A DNA stretch of 64,000 nt from Candidatus Melainabacteria bacterium. GTDB taxonomy: Bacteria > Cyanobacteriota > Vampirovibrionia > Vampirovibrionales > Vampirovibrionaceae. How positions within the stretch are numbered: the stretch's first letter is position 1; every line of letters begins with the position of its first letter. This document shows positions 31,995 to 41,700 of this stretch, piece after piece. The translations under genes and the position numbers were made by a program. The stretch lies in NCBI GenBank assembly GCA_050247195.1, contig JBFWUP010000001.1, positions 853,725 through 917,724 on the forward strand, read 5' to 3'. The notes beneath the pieces are model-generated. The model was not told the DNA's origin, did no database searches, and saw nothing but the letters and a program-made list of their open reading frames with translations.

Positions 31995-32996
31995 TCAGGG
32001 TTGGTCAAAGTTGTAGGAGTCTTTCCCACTGCCTTTGTAGATCTCCATGGTGAAGCCGCCCTTGCTGCCCATGCCGCTGTCGTCGGTGGGGTTGGGCAGG
32101 TCACTCTGCGTGAGGTTGGCTGGCAGAATATTGCCGCCGGCCGGCAGTTGCATGGCGGGCAGGTTGGCCGGCACCAGCGGCAGCGGCGCCATCCGGCCCG
32201 TAATCAGGTAGTCCAGGTCGGCGCCGGAGACTTTGACTTTCTGATGGTCTTTAAAATTGCGGAGCGTCAGCTGAAACTTGCCGATATTCTGTGCCAGGGT
32301 GAGTAGCTCGGCCTGCTGCGGGGTTACGGCCACCGTCACTGCGCCGCTGGTAGGGGCCATGGCGGCTGCACCGGGTGTGGGCGCTGCCAAGGCGCTGCCC
32401 ATGCTGATGACCTGGATACCCTGCAGAAGGGTTTTACTGAAAGTCTGGTTGTTCTGGCTGATGGTGGTCAGAATATCGACCAGCGAGCCGGGCATGAGCG
32501 CTCCGCCCACACTGCCGATGTTGTCCACCGGAATCGTCACGGCCCGCATGCCTTCATCCACCTGCAGCATGTTGTCATACTTGCGGACTTTGTCCCGCGT
32601 GAGGGTTTCCCCGGCCAGCAGGCGACCCACGGCGTATTTGCCCACGGCATCCGAGGTGCGTTTGAGCACGACGGCCGGCGGCGGGTTTTCCACTTTCACG
32701 GCTTCCACCATGGCTTTGGTAATCACTTCACCGGGGTCAATATCGCGAATGGCCTGAACTTCCATGTAGTTTTCAACGGCTTTTTTCTCGGTGGTTTCCT
32801 TCATCAGCCGTTCATTCTCGGCTTTCAGCTTTTTGGCGATCGCCTCGGTTTCCTCGGTTTTTTTGTTGGCCGCCGTGGTGGCGTTGCTGATGACCATAAA
32901 CGTGAGGGCAATGGCGCCGATACCGATAATGACCGCCAGAACGCCGGCCAGCACAAACTGGATCAGAACTTTTTTGGGGCGTCTGCGGACAACCAT
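31995..32996 (-). CDS. cpaB: Flp pilus assembly protein CpaB/RcpC (SAF domain)
   Basis: N-terminal transmembrane anchor plus SAF/CpaB domain. ATG at 32996 is preceded by AAAGAGG SD. Confidence 0.7.
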   Translation of the reverse strand: MVVRRRPKKVLIQFVLAGVLAVIIGIGAIALTFMVISNATTAANKKTEETEAIAKKLKAENERLMKETTEKKAVENYMEVQAIRDIDPGEVITKAMVEAVKVENPPPAVVLKRTSDAVGKYAVGRLLAGETLTRDKVRKYDNMLQVDEGMRAVTIPVDNIGSVGGALMPGSLVDILTTISQNNQTFSKTLLQGIQVISMGSALAAPTPGAAAMAPTSGAVTVAVTPQQAELLTLAQNIGKFQLTLRNFKDHQKVKVSGADLDYLITGRMAPLPLVPANLPAMQLPAGGNILPANLTQSDLPNPTDDSGMGSKGGFTMEIYKGSGKDSYNFDQP

Positions 32997-33284
32997 GGTG
33001 CCTCTTTCCGGACTGGAGACGGCTTCACCCAAACGGGGCGCCGTGGATACCTACCTTGTGTTCTCCCGGTGGCCTGCGGCCGGCCCGGTGTCAGTCCCTT
33101 CGTATCTGTATGATAACAACGCTTCAGGGGATCCCTGATCCACTATCTGCCGGATATTCAGTCGTTCCGGTTTATCAGCGATTCCGGAAAATACACTGCC
33201 TGTTGGAGAGGACACAGGAAACCGGCGCTGCAGAAATCCACCCGGCGCAGGAGCCCCGGATGGATTTGGAAATCAAAAAAGGGT

Positions 33285-34823
33285 CTAGTCGTCGATCTGG
33301 GCGCGCTGCAGTTGATCGCTGTGATCGACGTACAGCGTTTTCCACTCGCAGAAAATATCGAGACCCGTGGTGCCGGCCTCGCGGTGCCCGTTACCGGTGC
33401 CTTTCACGCCGCCAAACGGCAGGTGGACTTCGGCGCCGATGGTGGGGGCGTTGACGTAGGTGATGCCGGATTCCAGATCCCGCATGGCCTGGAAGGCCCG
33501 GTTGACGTTGCGGGTATAGATGGCGGTGGACAGGCCGAATTCAATGCCGTTGGCCACCTGAATGGCTTCCTCCAGGCTGCTGACGGGCATCAGGGCCGTC
33601 ACCGGTCCGAAGATTTCTTCCTGGGCGATGCGCATCCCGGATTTGACGTTGTCAAAAAGCGTGGGTTGAATAAACCAGCCGGGCCCGGCGGCGGTGTCGC
33701 GCTGCCCGCCGGTCAGCAGGGTGGCGCCGTCCTGTTTGCCGATTTCCACGTATTCAAGAATCCGTTTCATCGCGGCTTCATTGACCACCGGGCCAATCTG
33801 TACGCCATCTTCCAGGCCAAAGCCCAGTTTCAGCGTGTTGATTTTCCTGACCAGCCGCTCGCGCAGCTCGGCGTGAATGTCCTTGTGGACAATAATGCGG
33901 CTGGCGGCCGTGCAGCGCTGGCCCGAAGTGCCGAACGCGGCCCAGATAATGCCTTCGGCGGCGAGATCCAGGTTGGCGTCTTCCATCACAATGATGGCGT
34001 TTTTGCCGCCCAGCTCCAGGGAGACATGCTTGAGGGTGGGGGCGCAGAGTGTGCTGACGTGCCTGCCAACCTCATTGGAGCCGGTGAATGAGATGAGTTT
34101 CACATCGGGATGGTTGATGAGCGGTTCGCCCACGGCGGTGCCGCCGCCATGCACAATGTTAATCACGCCATCGGGCACGCCGGCTTCGGCAAGGATCTCA
34201 ATCAGCCGGTGCGCCAGCAGCGGGGTGTCCGTTGCCGGTTTAATCACCAGGGCATTCCCGCAGATGAGGGCATGCATGGCTTTCCAGCTGGGAATGGCCA
34301 TGGGGAAGTTCCAGGGGGTGATGAGGCCAACCACGCCCAGCGGCACGCGCACGGACATGGCGAATTTGTTTTTGAGTTCAGAGGGCGTTGTCTGGCCGTA
34401 AAGGCGGCGTCCCTCGCCAGCAGCGTAATAGGTGAAATCAATGGCTTCCTGAACGTCACCACGGGCCTCAGCCAGCACCTTGCCCATTTCGCGGGTCATT
34501 TCGCGCGCCAGCTGCTCTTTGCGCGCCACGAGAATTTCAGCGGCGCGGTAGAGAATTTCTCCGCGTTTGGGCGCGGGTGTCAGGCGCCAGATTTCAAAGC
34601 CTTTTTTGGCGGCTTCCACGGCAGCCAGCACATCTTCCTTTGCGGAAGAAGGAAAGGTCCCAATCACCTCATCCGGTTTGGCCGGGTTAAAACTCTGGAA
34701 AGTTTTGCCGCTGGCGGCGGGTCGCCACTGACCGCCAATCAGATTGAGAAATTCGCTCTGGCTGCTGCTGGGCAGCGGGCTGATCTCGGTGCAGGTGCTT
34801 GAATTAACGTGTGTGGCGCCCAT
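33285..34823 (-). CDS. NAD(P)+-dependent aldehyde dehydrogenase
   Basis: ALDH Glu and Cys active-site motifs (ELGGKNA..., ...GQRCTA...). Confidence 0.85.
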   Translation of the reverse strand: MGATHVNSSTCTEISPLPSSSQSEFLNLIGGQWRPAASGKTFQSFNPAKPDEVIGTFPSSAKEDVLAAVEAAKKGFEIWRLTPAPKRGEILYRAAEILVARKEQLAREMTREMGKVLAEARGDVQEAIDFTYYAAGEGRRLYGQTTPSELKNKFAMSVRVPLGVVGLITPWNFPMAIPSWKAMHALICGNALVIKPATDTPLLAHRLIEILAEAGVPDGVINIVHGGGTAVGEPLINHPDVKLISFTGSNEVGRHVSTLCAPTLKHVSLELGGKNAIIVMEDANLDLAAEGIIWAAFGTSGQRCTAASRIIVHKDIHAELRERLVRKINTLKLGFGLEDGVQIGPVVNEAAMKRILEYVEIGKQDGATLLTGGQRDTAAGPGWFIQPTLFDNVKSGMRIAQEEIFGPVTALMPVSSLEEAIQVANGIEFGLSTAIYTRNVNRAFQAMRDLESGITYVNAPTIGAEVHLPFGGVKGTGNGHREAGTTGLDIFCEWKTLYVDHSDQLQRAQIDD

Positions 34824-35078
34824 AGCAGTACTCCCTCAGTGTTAACGCGTTTCAGAATTCAGACTCTGGATCGATCCCCTCTATTATAGCGAATGAGCCG
34901 GCGCCCTGGTCGACCATCGGGAGGAGAAGACCGGCCCGGTCTGAAATTTCATCCCCCCAAGGGGGATTCTGCCAGCGGCTCAGCAGAATCCGGCGACATC
35001 GCCTATAATGGTAGGTACCCGTCGGCATACAGGGCTTGCACCCATGGCCGGCCGCCCGTGAGAAATAAGGAACCCCCC

Positions 35079-36419
35079 ATGCGTGCTTTCTGGTTGTTTC
35101 TGGTCGCTATCGGCCTGGGTACCAAGCGGCACTGGCATATTCTGATCGCCATTATTGCGGGCATTGTGCTGGGCCTGTTTCTGCCCATAGACCGGGGTCT
35201 GTCGCCGGATGATTTTCCGCTGATCCACAAAGTGTTTGAAGTGGTCGGCCAGGTGTTCATCCGCCTGATTACCATGATTGTGATCCCCCTGGTGGTCAGT
35301 TCCCTGGTGGTGGGCGTCACGTCTCTGGGAGACTCCCGACAGCTGGGCCGGATGGGCGCCAAGGTGCTGATGTACTTCCTGCTGTTTATGCTGGTGGCAG
35401 CCGTTCTGGGCAGTGTTCTGGCCATCACTATGGCGCCGGGAGAACAGATTCGCAGCAGCATTGATACGATGGGTCTGGTGGATCACACGGCCATTGCCAA
35501 ACTGGCGGCCAGCACACCCAGTCTGAAAGAGCTGTTCTTTAATATGATTCCCGCCAACCCCATCGGCGCTCTGGCCAACGGAGATCTGGTGCCGGTAATC
35601 ATCTTCACCATGTTCTTTGCGGTGGCCATTGCCAGTATCGGGGATGCCGGCAAACCCATTACCGCGTTTTTTGAAGGCCTGTTTACGGCCACCATGCGCC
35701 TGACCGACTGGATTATGGTTCTGGCCGTACCCGGGGTGTTCTCGCTGGCGTTTGTGACGGTGGCCAAAGCGGGCCCCGAAATCTTTATTAAGCTGTACCC
35801 TTACATGACGATTATCCTTGGCGGGTTGCTGATTCAGCTGCTGGTGGTGTTTCCGCTGGCCCTGAAACTGTTTGCCCGTATCAGCGTCATGAACCTTTAC
35901 CGCGCCGTATCGGAAGCCATTATGGTGGCCTTCGGCACCGCCAGCAGCTCGGCGACCCTGCCCATCACCATCGCCTGCTGCGAGCGCCGGGCCGGCATCT
36001 CCAACCGGATCGCCAGCTTTGTTCTGCCCACCGGCGCCACCATTAACAAAACCGGAACCACCATGTTTGAAGCCATTGCCGTCATCTTTCTGGCCCAGGC
36101 CTATGGTATCCAGCTCACACCGTACCATCTGGGCATGATCATTATCTTTTCGATCATCGCCTCGATTGGGGCGGCCGGGGTGCCGAGCGCCGGTCTGATC
36201 ACCATCGCCATCGTTTTCAAGAGCATCGGGATCACCGACCCGCTTGTGTTTGCCGGTGGACTGGCTATGATCTGGTCCATTGACCGTGTTCTGGACATGT
36301 GCCGTACCGTTGTGAATGTGTTGAGCAGCTGTTCTGTCGCCGCCATTGTGGCTGCGGGTGAGGGCGAACTCAACCGGGATATTCTGAATCAGCATGAAAA
36401 ATGGACTGACATTGTTTAA
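35079..36419 (+). CDS. Dicarboxylate/amino acid:cation symporter (DAACS, GltP/DctA family)
   Basis: Start at MRAFWLF... The track's N-terminal extension looks non-coding. Multi-transmembrane protein with conserved SSSATLP-type motif (ASSSATLPIT). Confidence 0.8.
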   Translation: MRAFWLFLVAIGLGTKRHWHILIAIIAGIVLGLFLPIDRGLSPDDFPLIHKVFEVVGQVFIRLITMIVIPLVVSSLVVGVTSLGDSRQLGRMGAKVLMYFLLFMLVAAVLGSVLAITMAPGEQIRSSIDTMGLVDHTAIAKLAASTPSLKELFFNMIPANPIGALANGDLVPVIIFTMFFAVAIASIGDAGKPITAFFEGLFTATMRLTDWIMVLAVPGVFSLAFVTVAKAGPEIFIKLYPYMTIILGGLLIQLLVVFPLALKLFARISVMNLYRAVSEAIMVAFGTASSSATLPITIACCERRAGISNRIASFVLPTGATINKTGTTMFEAIAVIFLAQAYGIQLTPYHLGMIIIFSIIASIGAAGVPSAGLITIAIVFKSIGITDPLVFAGGLAMIWSIDRVLDMCRTVVNVLSSCSVAAIVAAGEGELNRDILNQHEKWTDIV

Positions 36420-37308
36420 CGTCCCCGTGACCCTGACCCGTTCCTGCCTTTCCGCCCGCTGCCTGCCTGCACTGTTGGCTGTCCTGCTGCTGGTTTTACT
36501 GCCCGCCAGCGCCCCGGCGCAGGATGACGCCGTGATCGGGCCGGATCCGGGCGGGCAGACCGCCGGCATCGGGCCGGAATCCCCGGCGGGGGAGCACAAT
36601 GCAAAAGCGCTTGATTTTTATCATCAGGGGCTCAGCCATTTCGGCAACGCCAAGTTTCATGAGTCCAAAGGCAATGTGGCTGCCCGCAAGCGCCTGCTGA
36701 AGGCCAGCGTGCAGGCTTTTGAGGATGCCCTGAAAGAAGAGCCCGCCCTGGTGGAAGCGCAGAGCAACATCGGTTTTGTGTACCTGACCGAGAACAACTA
36801 CGGCAAGGCCGTTAAAGCCTTCCAGAAGGCGCTGGCCATGAATCCAAACCACCTCAACACCCTCAACGGGCTGGCCACGGCCTATGCGTTTGAAGATGAC
36901 ATTGCTGGTGCCATCCGAACATTTGATCAGTTAACGACGCTGGATCCTGCAAATACCCAGTTTTACTTTAACAAGGGCGCCGTTCTGCAGAAGGCCGGTC
37001 GTTTTGAGGAGGCACAGGGGGCGTATCAGCAGGCCCTCAATATCAACCCTGAGGATCAGCGCACCCTGTTTAACCTGGGCACCCTGAAAGAAAATCAGGG
37101 GCAGTTGCAGGAAGCCCTGAGCTACTATCAACAGGCCAAGGGCGCTGAGGTGGGCAATACCATTGGCCTGGAAGCCATTAACCGGGTGCAGGCCATTGAG
37201 GCGGAGCTGGCGCGCCGCGAGGGGGAGGACGCCACGGGGACGGGCGGCTCTGAGGCAGCTCAGGCGCCGGAGAAAGCCAGAAAGTCCCGCAAAGGGATTT
37301 TCAAATAA
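36394..37308 (+). CDS. Secreted TPR-repeat protein
   Basis: Signal peptide plus several 34-residue TPR units (...AVKAFQKALAMNPNH... etc.). Overlaps the symporter stop by about 26 nt. Confidence 0.65.
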   Translation: MKNGLTLFNVPVTLTRSCLSARCLPALLAVLLLVLLPASAPAQDDAVIGPDPGGQTAGIGPESPAGEHNAKALDFYHQGLSHFGNAKFHESKGNVAARKRLLKASVQAFEDALKEEPALVEAQSNIGFVYLTENNYGKAVKAFQKALAMNPNHLNTLNGLATAYAFEDDIAGAIRTFDQLTTLDPANTQFYFNKGAVLQKAGRFEEAQGAYQQALNINPEDQRTLFNLGTLKENQGQLQEALSYYQQAKGAEVGNTIGLEAINRVQAIEAELARREGEDATGTGGSEAAQAPEKARKSRKGIFK

Positions 37309-37376
37309 GTACTTTAATATGAATCTGATTTCATCGCCGGATCGACATCCGTGGGGCGTTTGGGGATAATGGGGCG

Positions 37377-38501
37377 ATGAATGAACTGCATCTCAAACAG
37401 GGGTTCCGCCTGAACCGGGCCGTGGCGGCAGCCGCCATGTTTTACCTGGTGGTGGGGCTCTTTCAGGTGCCGGTGGACTGGCAGCATATTCTCGGGCCGG
37501 TGCTGTTTGGCGTCGCCCTGCTGGCGGTCATCGCACTCGTTGTTGGCAATGAGCTGGTCTATGCCTCCGTTCAGCGCTTCCGTAAGCTGGATCCCGTGCT
37601 GGCTGACAAAATGGGACTGGTGCTCCCCATGGTGATGCAGGGGGGGCTGGTGGCCGTCTACCTGGCGACCGGTCAGGCCGGGCTCCTGCTGTTACAGGCA
37701 TTCGGCGTGATGCTGGCCCAGTTGTTCGGTCATCGCCGTCTCGCCTGGACGCTGACTCTGGTCAGTCTGCTGGTGGCCCTGGCCACCATGCCGCTGGGGT
37801 ATCCGCGCAGTATCGGGCTGGCCAGCGCCTTTGGCCATGCCATGCCCTGGGCGGTTGCTGTGGCCATTCTGGCGCCCTTTGTACTGACCCTGTTTTTCTA
37901 CAACAGCCTGTCGGCCTATCTGGTGAATCACACCATGGACCGGGCGAGTAAATTGCAGTCCCTGGCGGCCACCGATGGCCTGACCGGCTTAATCAACCGC
38001 CGGCAGTTCAACCACCAGCTCCATTCGGAAATTGCGCGCGCCCGCCGGGCAAACACCCCGCTGACGCTGGCCCTGTTTGATATTGATGATTTCAAGAAGC
38101 TGAACGATTTTTACGGCCATCCCATGGGCGATCGGATTCTGAAGGAACTGTGCGCCCTGGTGAAAGGCAATGTGAGGGAATCTGATATTCCTGCCCGCTA
38201 CGGTGGTGAGGAATTCGCCCTGATTCTGCCGGAGACCCGTCAGCTGGAAGCCTATGACATTCTGGAACGGCTGCGCGCCATGATTGAGCAGACCGTCTTC
38301 TGTCTGCCGGATAACCCGATCACGCTGAGCGTCAGCGTGGGGCTGGTGCAGATGGATCCTGAGCGCATGACCGCTTTTGAACTGGTGGAGCAGGCGGATG
38401 CCTGCCTGTACGAAGCGAAGAACCAGGGTAAGAACCGGGTGGTGTATGGCGTGGTGCCCACGCCCAAGCTGGATTACATCCAGGGCCGGCCGGTGGCCTG
38501 A
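37377..38501 (+). CDS. Membrane-anchored diguanylate cyclase (GGDEF)
   Basis: Five to six N-terminal transmembrane helices followed by a GGDEF domain with GGEEF active site and RxxD I-site. Confidence 0.8.
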   Translation: MNELHLKQGFRLNRAVAAAAMFYLVVGLFQVPVDWQHILGPVLFGVALLAVIALVVGNELVYASVQRFRKLDPVLADKMGLVLPMVMQGGLVAVYLATGQAGLLLLQAFGVMLAQLFGHRRLAWTLTLVSLLVALATMPLGYPRSIGLASAFGHAMPWAVAVAILAPFVLTLFFYNSLSAYLVNHTMDRASKLQSLAATDGLTGLINRRQFNHQLHSEIARARRANTPLTLALFDIDDFKKLNDFYGHPMGDRILKELCALVKGNVRESDIPARYGGEEFALILPETRQLEAYDILERLRAMIEQTVFCLPDNPITLSVSVGLVQMDPERMTAFELVEQADACLYEAKNQGKNRVVYGVVPTPKLDYIQGRPVA

Positions 38502-38502
38502 G

Positions 38503-39276
38503 GTGCATGGCGTGGCCGAGGAAGCAGCCCTGAGCGCACTGGCCGGCGTGGTGCCGCGGGCGGAGGATCAGAACACCCGCAAGGATGTTCAGGTGCAGGC
38601 GATGTTTGACCGGATTGCCCGCCGTTATGATTTGCTGAACGATGTCATTTCCATGGGCATGCACCGGGGCTGGAAACAGGAAGCCTGCGGCTTGCTGAAA
38701 CTGAAACCCGGCAGCCACGTGCTGGACGTGTGTACCGGCACGGGGGATTTGTGCCGGTGGCTGTTGTCCGCCGTTGGAGAAGCCGGTCAGGTGACCGGGC
38801 TGGACTTTTCAGCCGACATGCTCGCTGTGGCGCGTCACCGTTTTGGCGGGCGCGGCAATGTCCGTTTTGATCAGGGCGACGCCATGCAGCTGCCGTATGA
38901 GGATCACTGTTTTGACGGGGCGATCATCAGTTTTGGGTTGCGCAATGTGCTGGACGTGCCGCGCGCCATTGCTGAAATGACCCGGGTGGTGAAGCCGGGC
39001 GGCTGGGTGGTGAATCTGGATACCTGCCCCGAGCCGGGAATGCCCGGTTACTGGCTGTATTTTTCGCTGGTGATGCCCACCCTGGGCCGCTGGATCTCAG
39101 GCGATCCTTCAGCATATGCTTACCTGTCGCGATCCACGCGCGCATTTTTACCCCCGGCCGAGTTAGAGCGGGTGTTTGAAGAGGCCGGTCTCAGCGAGGT
39201 GCAGACGCAGTTGCGCAGCATGCGCTCTGTGGCCATGCAGGCCGGGCGCAAACCTGCCGGGCTCATTCCCGGGTGA
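38503..39276 (+). CDS. ubiE: Demethylmenaquinone/ubiquinone C-methyltransferase
   Basis: ...VQAMFDRIARRYDLLNDVISMGMH... and SAM-binding motif VLDVCTGTGD. A GTG start at 38503 is assumed; the ATG at 38614 is an alternative. Confidence 0.75.
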   Translation: MHGVAEEAALSALAGVVPRAEDQNTRKDVQVQAMFDRIARRYDLLNDVISMGMHRGWKQEACGLLKLKPGSHVLDVCTGTGDLCRWLLSAVGEAGQVTGLDFSADMLAVARHRFGGRGNVRFDQGDAMQLPYEDHCFDGAIISFGLRNVLDVPRAIAEMTRVVKPGGWVVNLDTCPEPGMPGYWLYFSLVMPTLGRWISGDPSAYAYLSRSTRAFLPPAELERVFEEAGLSEVQTQLRSMRSVAMQAGRKPAGLIPG

Positions 39277-39283
39277 ATGACGC

Positions 39284-39555
39284 TCAGGCCAGATAGCCAC
39301 GCCGTGGCAGGCGTTGCTCCTGTGGTTTTTTCTGTGGCTGCCCCTGCTGATGCTGACCACCATGCTGTTGCTGCCGGCGGCTTTCTTCCTCGCGTCGGGT
39401 GACTTTCTCCTGGCTGGTTTTGGCCTGTTCGGTTTCGGCCACCCGCCCCTGAATGAACCGTGCGTTCTCCACCGCCTCCTGTTTGTCGGCGGTTTCTCTG
39501 GCTTTATAGTAGGCACCCGCTGCGGCGGCTGCCACGTTGGTGGGTGAAATAAACA
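39284..39555 (-). CDS. Hypothetical small Gln/Glu/Arg-rich protein (about 90 aa)
   Basis: GTG start with AAGAGGAAAA 6-8 nt upstream, found by reading the sequence. The track's longer ORF (to 39664) has no RBS. Low complexity. Confidence 0.3.
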
Positions 39556-39784
39556 CGGTTGTTTTCCTCTTCTCGCGGACATGACATGAATCAAAATCAT
39601 ATCCTATAAATATAAAAACATTTTTTAATGAAGATTTGCGACTTTCCGGGGTAAGTGTTACCAAATTGTTACAAAATTTTCAGGGTCTGATGCGCGCCAA
39701 ATTCACGCCCTGAGCGGGTTTGAAAATTTCAAGAGGGGCGCGATCAGAAAATGCAGGCAATTTTTTACCGGGTACCGCGCTGTT

Positions 39785-41182
39785 TTGCGTGAACGCTGGT
39801 GGTCGCGTTTGCGGTTTTCACCGGGGAAGTCGTCAAGCGCCTTACCCGCACAAAAATGGGAAAAACCGTTTTTATGCCAGTGGGGGAAGTCTGATCCGGT
39901 CACACCCGGCACCCTGCACCCTTCGATCCAGGGGTGGGCGATATCTGAAAGCAGTATCAGCGTTCCGCACCTGGCGCAGGCAGCGTCACCGGACTATTCA
40001 CCTGCGGATACAGCGAGAGGCAGCGTTTTTTTGAGCACCATCGGCAGCACAACCCACTTTACCGGCCTACCGTCTATTTTCGGGGGTCCGGCCAACCAGA
40101 CAACTGCTCCGTCACGTTCGGTCGGGGTGAGCGCACCGGGTCACCCCGGTGAGGCTTCCCTGGCCGGACTGGCGGCCCCTTCCCCAGCCACATCCACCAC
40201 TTTCGCCCGGGCCGGGATCACCCCGGGCAGTGGTCAGCCACCGTCCGCCTTGGTTTCAGGAATTTCTCCGTTTGCCTTTACCGGGGGCACCCGCAGCGTG
40301 GCCGAAGAGACCGCCCTGCTGCGTCGTTCGCCGGTCATCGATCTGTCCGGCCGCCGGGCGGCCGACCGCACCTTTGGGGATGTTTTTACCCACAAGGCCG
40401 GCATCTGGGCCTCGCGCATGGGCGCCGGCGAGCTCTTTGATCACGCGTTTGAATCCATGGGCAAACGCGGCTTTGATCCAGTACTGAATACATCTATGGA
40501 AAATACCTTACTACTGGGTAAGCCAGATTTAACAAAGAGCATTTCTAAAACCTACCCATATGGTTATGAGGGCTTATTCTCACTACGTGGTGCTCAGGAT
40601 GTTACACCTGCATATCTGCGTAGCCCGAAAGCTTATAAAGACCTGTTGCATTACAACTTTAAGCCTCACTTGGAATTCTATCGTCCGTCTAATCTGCGTC
40701 ATCAGATGGCACAAGGTGAAGGTCTTTTTAAATTCGGCCTAAAGGATTACTTCACCAAAACCCTGTGGGGTCGCAATATCGATCCCATTCGCCCGGCCAA
40801 CCTGATCAAAGCCGAGGCGTCAGGTCTTGGAAAAATCTCCGGCGCTGGTGTGGCGCAGGCGCTCGGATTGGGCCTGTTTGGCTGGGATATCGCCAAAACA
40901 ACGAAGACCGCTTACGACAACGCCCGCCACGAAGATGGGGCCGCCACGGTTTCCATTGCTGCCGAGACCGGCAAAGAGTTCGCCAAGCAAGCTACCAAAA
41001 GCCTCATTACTTGGGAAATAGCTGGCGCGGGCCTTGCCGTTGGGCGCAAAGTTTTGCCAGGGGTTAATATTGGCAACCATCACATCCCACTGGGTGGCAT
41101 GGTGGTTGGCGCATTACTGGCAACCGGAATGAACCAAGTTTTGGAGCGAGTCGCACCAAAACCAAAAAAGCACCTGAATTAA
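39785..41182 (+). CDS. Modular hypothetical protein: Ser/Thr/Pro/Gly/Ala-rich N-terminal half, lower-GC foreign-codon C-terminal half ending in a glycine-zipper hydrophobic hairpin; candidate polymorphic toxin or bacteriocin-like effector
   Basis: Track ORF with TTG start; no in-frame ATG until about 40420, so the true N-terminus is uncertain. From about 40480 onward the composition is about 40-50% GC with cgt/ctg/aaa codon preference, unlike neighbouring genes. C-terminus is ...KSLITWEIAGAGLAVGRKVLPGVNIGNHHIPLGGMVVGALLATG... Confidence 0.5.
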   Translation: MRERWWSRLRFSPGKSSSALPAQKWEKPFLCQWGKSDPVTPGTLHPSIQGWAISESSISVPHLAQAASPDYSPADTARGSVFLSTIGSTTHFTGLPSIFGGPANQTTAPSRSVGVSAPGHPGEASLAGLAAPSPATSTTFARAGITPGSGQPPSALVSGISPFAFTGGTRSVAEETALLRRSPVIDLSGRRAADRTFGDVFTHKAGIWASRMGAGELFDHAFESMGKRGFDPVLNTSMENTLLLGKPDLTKSISKTYPYGYEGLFSLRGAQDVTPAYLRSPKAYKDLLHYNFKPHLEFYRPSNLRHQMAQGEGLFKFGLKDYFTKTLWGRNIDPIRPANLIKAEASGLGKISGAGVAQALGLGLFGWDIAKTTKTAYDNARHEDGAATVSIAAETGKEFAKQATKSLITWEIAGAGLAVGRKVLPGVNIGNHHIPLGGMVVGALLATGMNQVLERVAPKPKKHLN

Positions 41183-41446
41183 CTTATTCATTTGGAGGAG
41201 GAGGGGGAGGAGGAGGCGTGTTGGGTCGGGAACCCTCAAGGGGTCCACCTGCAAAAGTTGCAGGTCTGTAATTATGCAAAACAGGTCGGTTTACTTGCCG
41301 ACCTTGAAACCGAAGCGGGGACGCGGCGGAAAAGTGACCCATAGAGACATTCATGATTGTTTACCTTACGGGGTTATGGGGAAACACACGTTGAATCAAC
41401 CCCCAACATACCGCCAGATCGCTTGAAAAGGCAGCGATGTAAATAA

Positions 41447-41686
41447 AGGTAAACCAATATAAGCTATTCAGCCAATAAAGTCGGCAAGCAGTTCACCAAG
41501 TCCCTGATCACCTGGGAAGTGGCAGGCGCAGGTCTGGCCATTGGCCGTAAAGTATTACCCGGTTTTAATATTGGCAGTCATCACCTGCCACTGGGCGGCA
41601 TGGTCGTTGGTGCCGTTGCAGCCACAGCCGCCAACAAGCTACTGGAAAAAATCGCCCCTAAAGTAAAAACCAGAAACCAAGCCTAA
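41447..41686 (+). pseudogene. Start-less orphan copy of the C-terminal approximately 75 codons of the upstream gene (silent cassette or decayed paralogue)
   Basis: In-frame TAA at 41444-41446, then TNISYSANKVGKQFTKSLITWEVAGAGLAIGRKVLPGFNIGSHHLPLGGMVVGAVAATAANKLLEKIAPKVKTRNQA*. Manual alignment gives 43 of 62 aligned residues identical to the main gene's C-terminus, with many synonymous nucleotide differences. No ATG, GTG or TTG start downstream of the stop. Confidence 0.5.
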
Positions 41687-41700
41687 GCAAATTTAGGCTT
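41679..41700 (+). terminator. Hairpin AAGCCTAA-GCAAAT-TTAGGCTT followed by a T-rich run (TTTTCATCATCTTCTTC; the U-tract proper is only TTTT, positions 41699-41702); candidate bidirectional intrinsic terminator
   Basis: 8-bp perfect stem overlapping the orphan cassette's stop codon. The U-rich stretch reads on the plus strand. Confidence 0.5.

Noticed and set aside
34980-36599. 539-aa minus-strand ORF antisense to the DAACS symporter
   Set aside because: Shadow ORF of a high-GC gene; no recognisable protein features.
39163-39600. 145-aa minus-strand ORF overlapping the ubiE 3' end
   Set aside because: Arg/Pro-rich shadow frame. A shorter SD-supported GTG ORF in another frame (39284-39555) is more plausible.
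41183-41446. Group I/II intron or intein separating the gene from its C-terminal copy
   Set aside because: Far too short for group II and no group I core elements. The upstream gene already has its own complete C-terminus and stop.
40990-41686. Diversity-generating retroelement (template or variable repeat) explanation for the duplicated C-terminal segment
   Set aside because: Differences between the copies are not adenine-specific; they are spread over all bases and mostly synonymous. No reverse transcriptase gene nearby.
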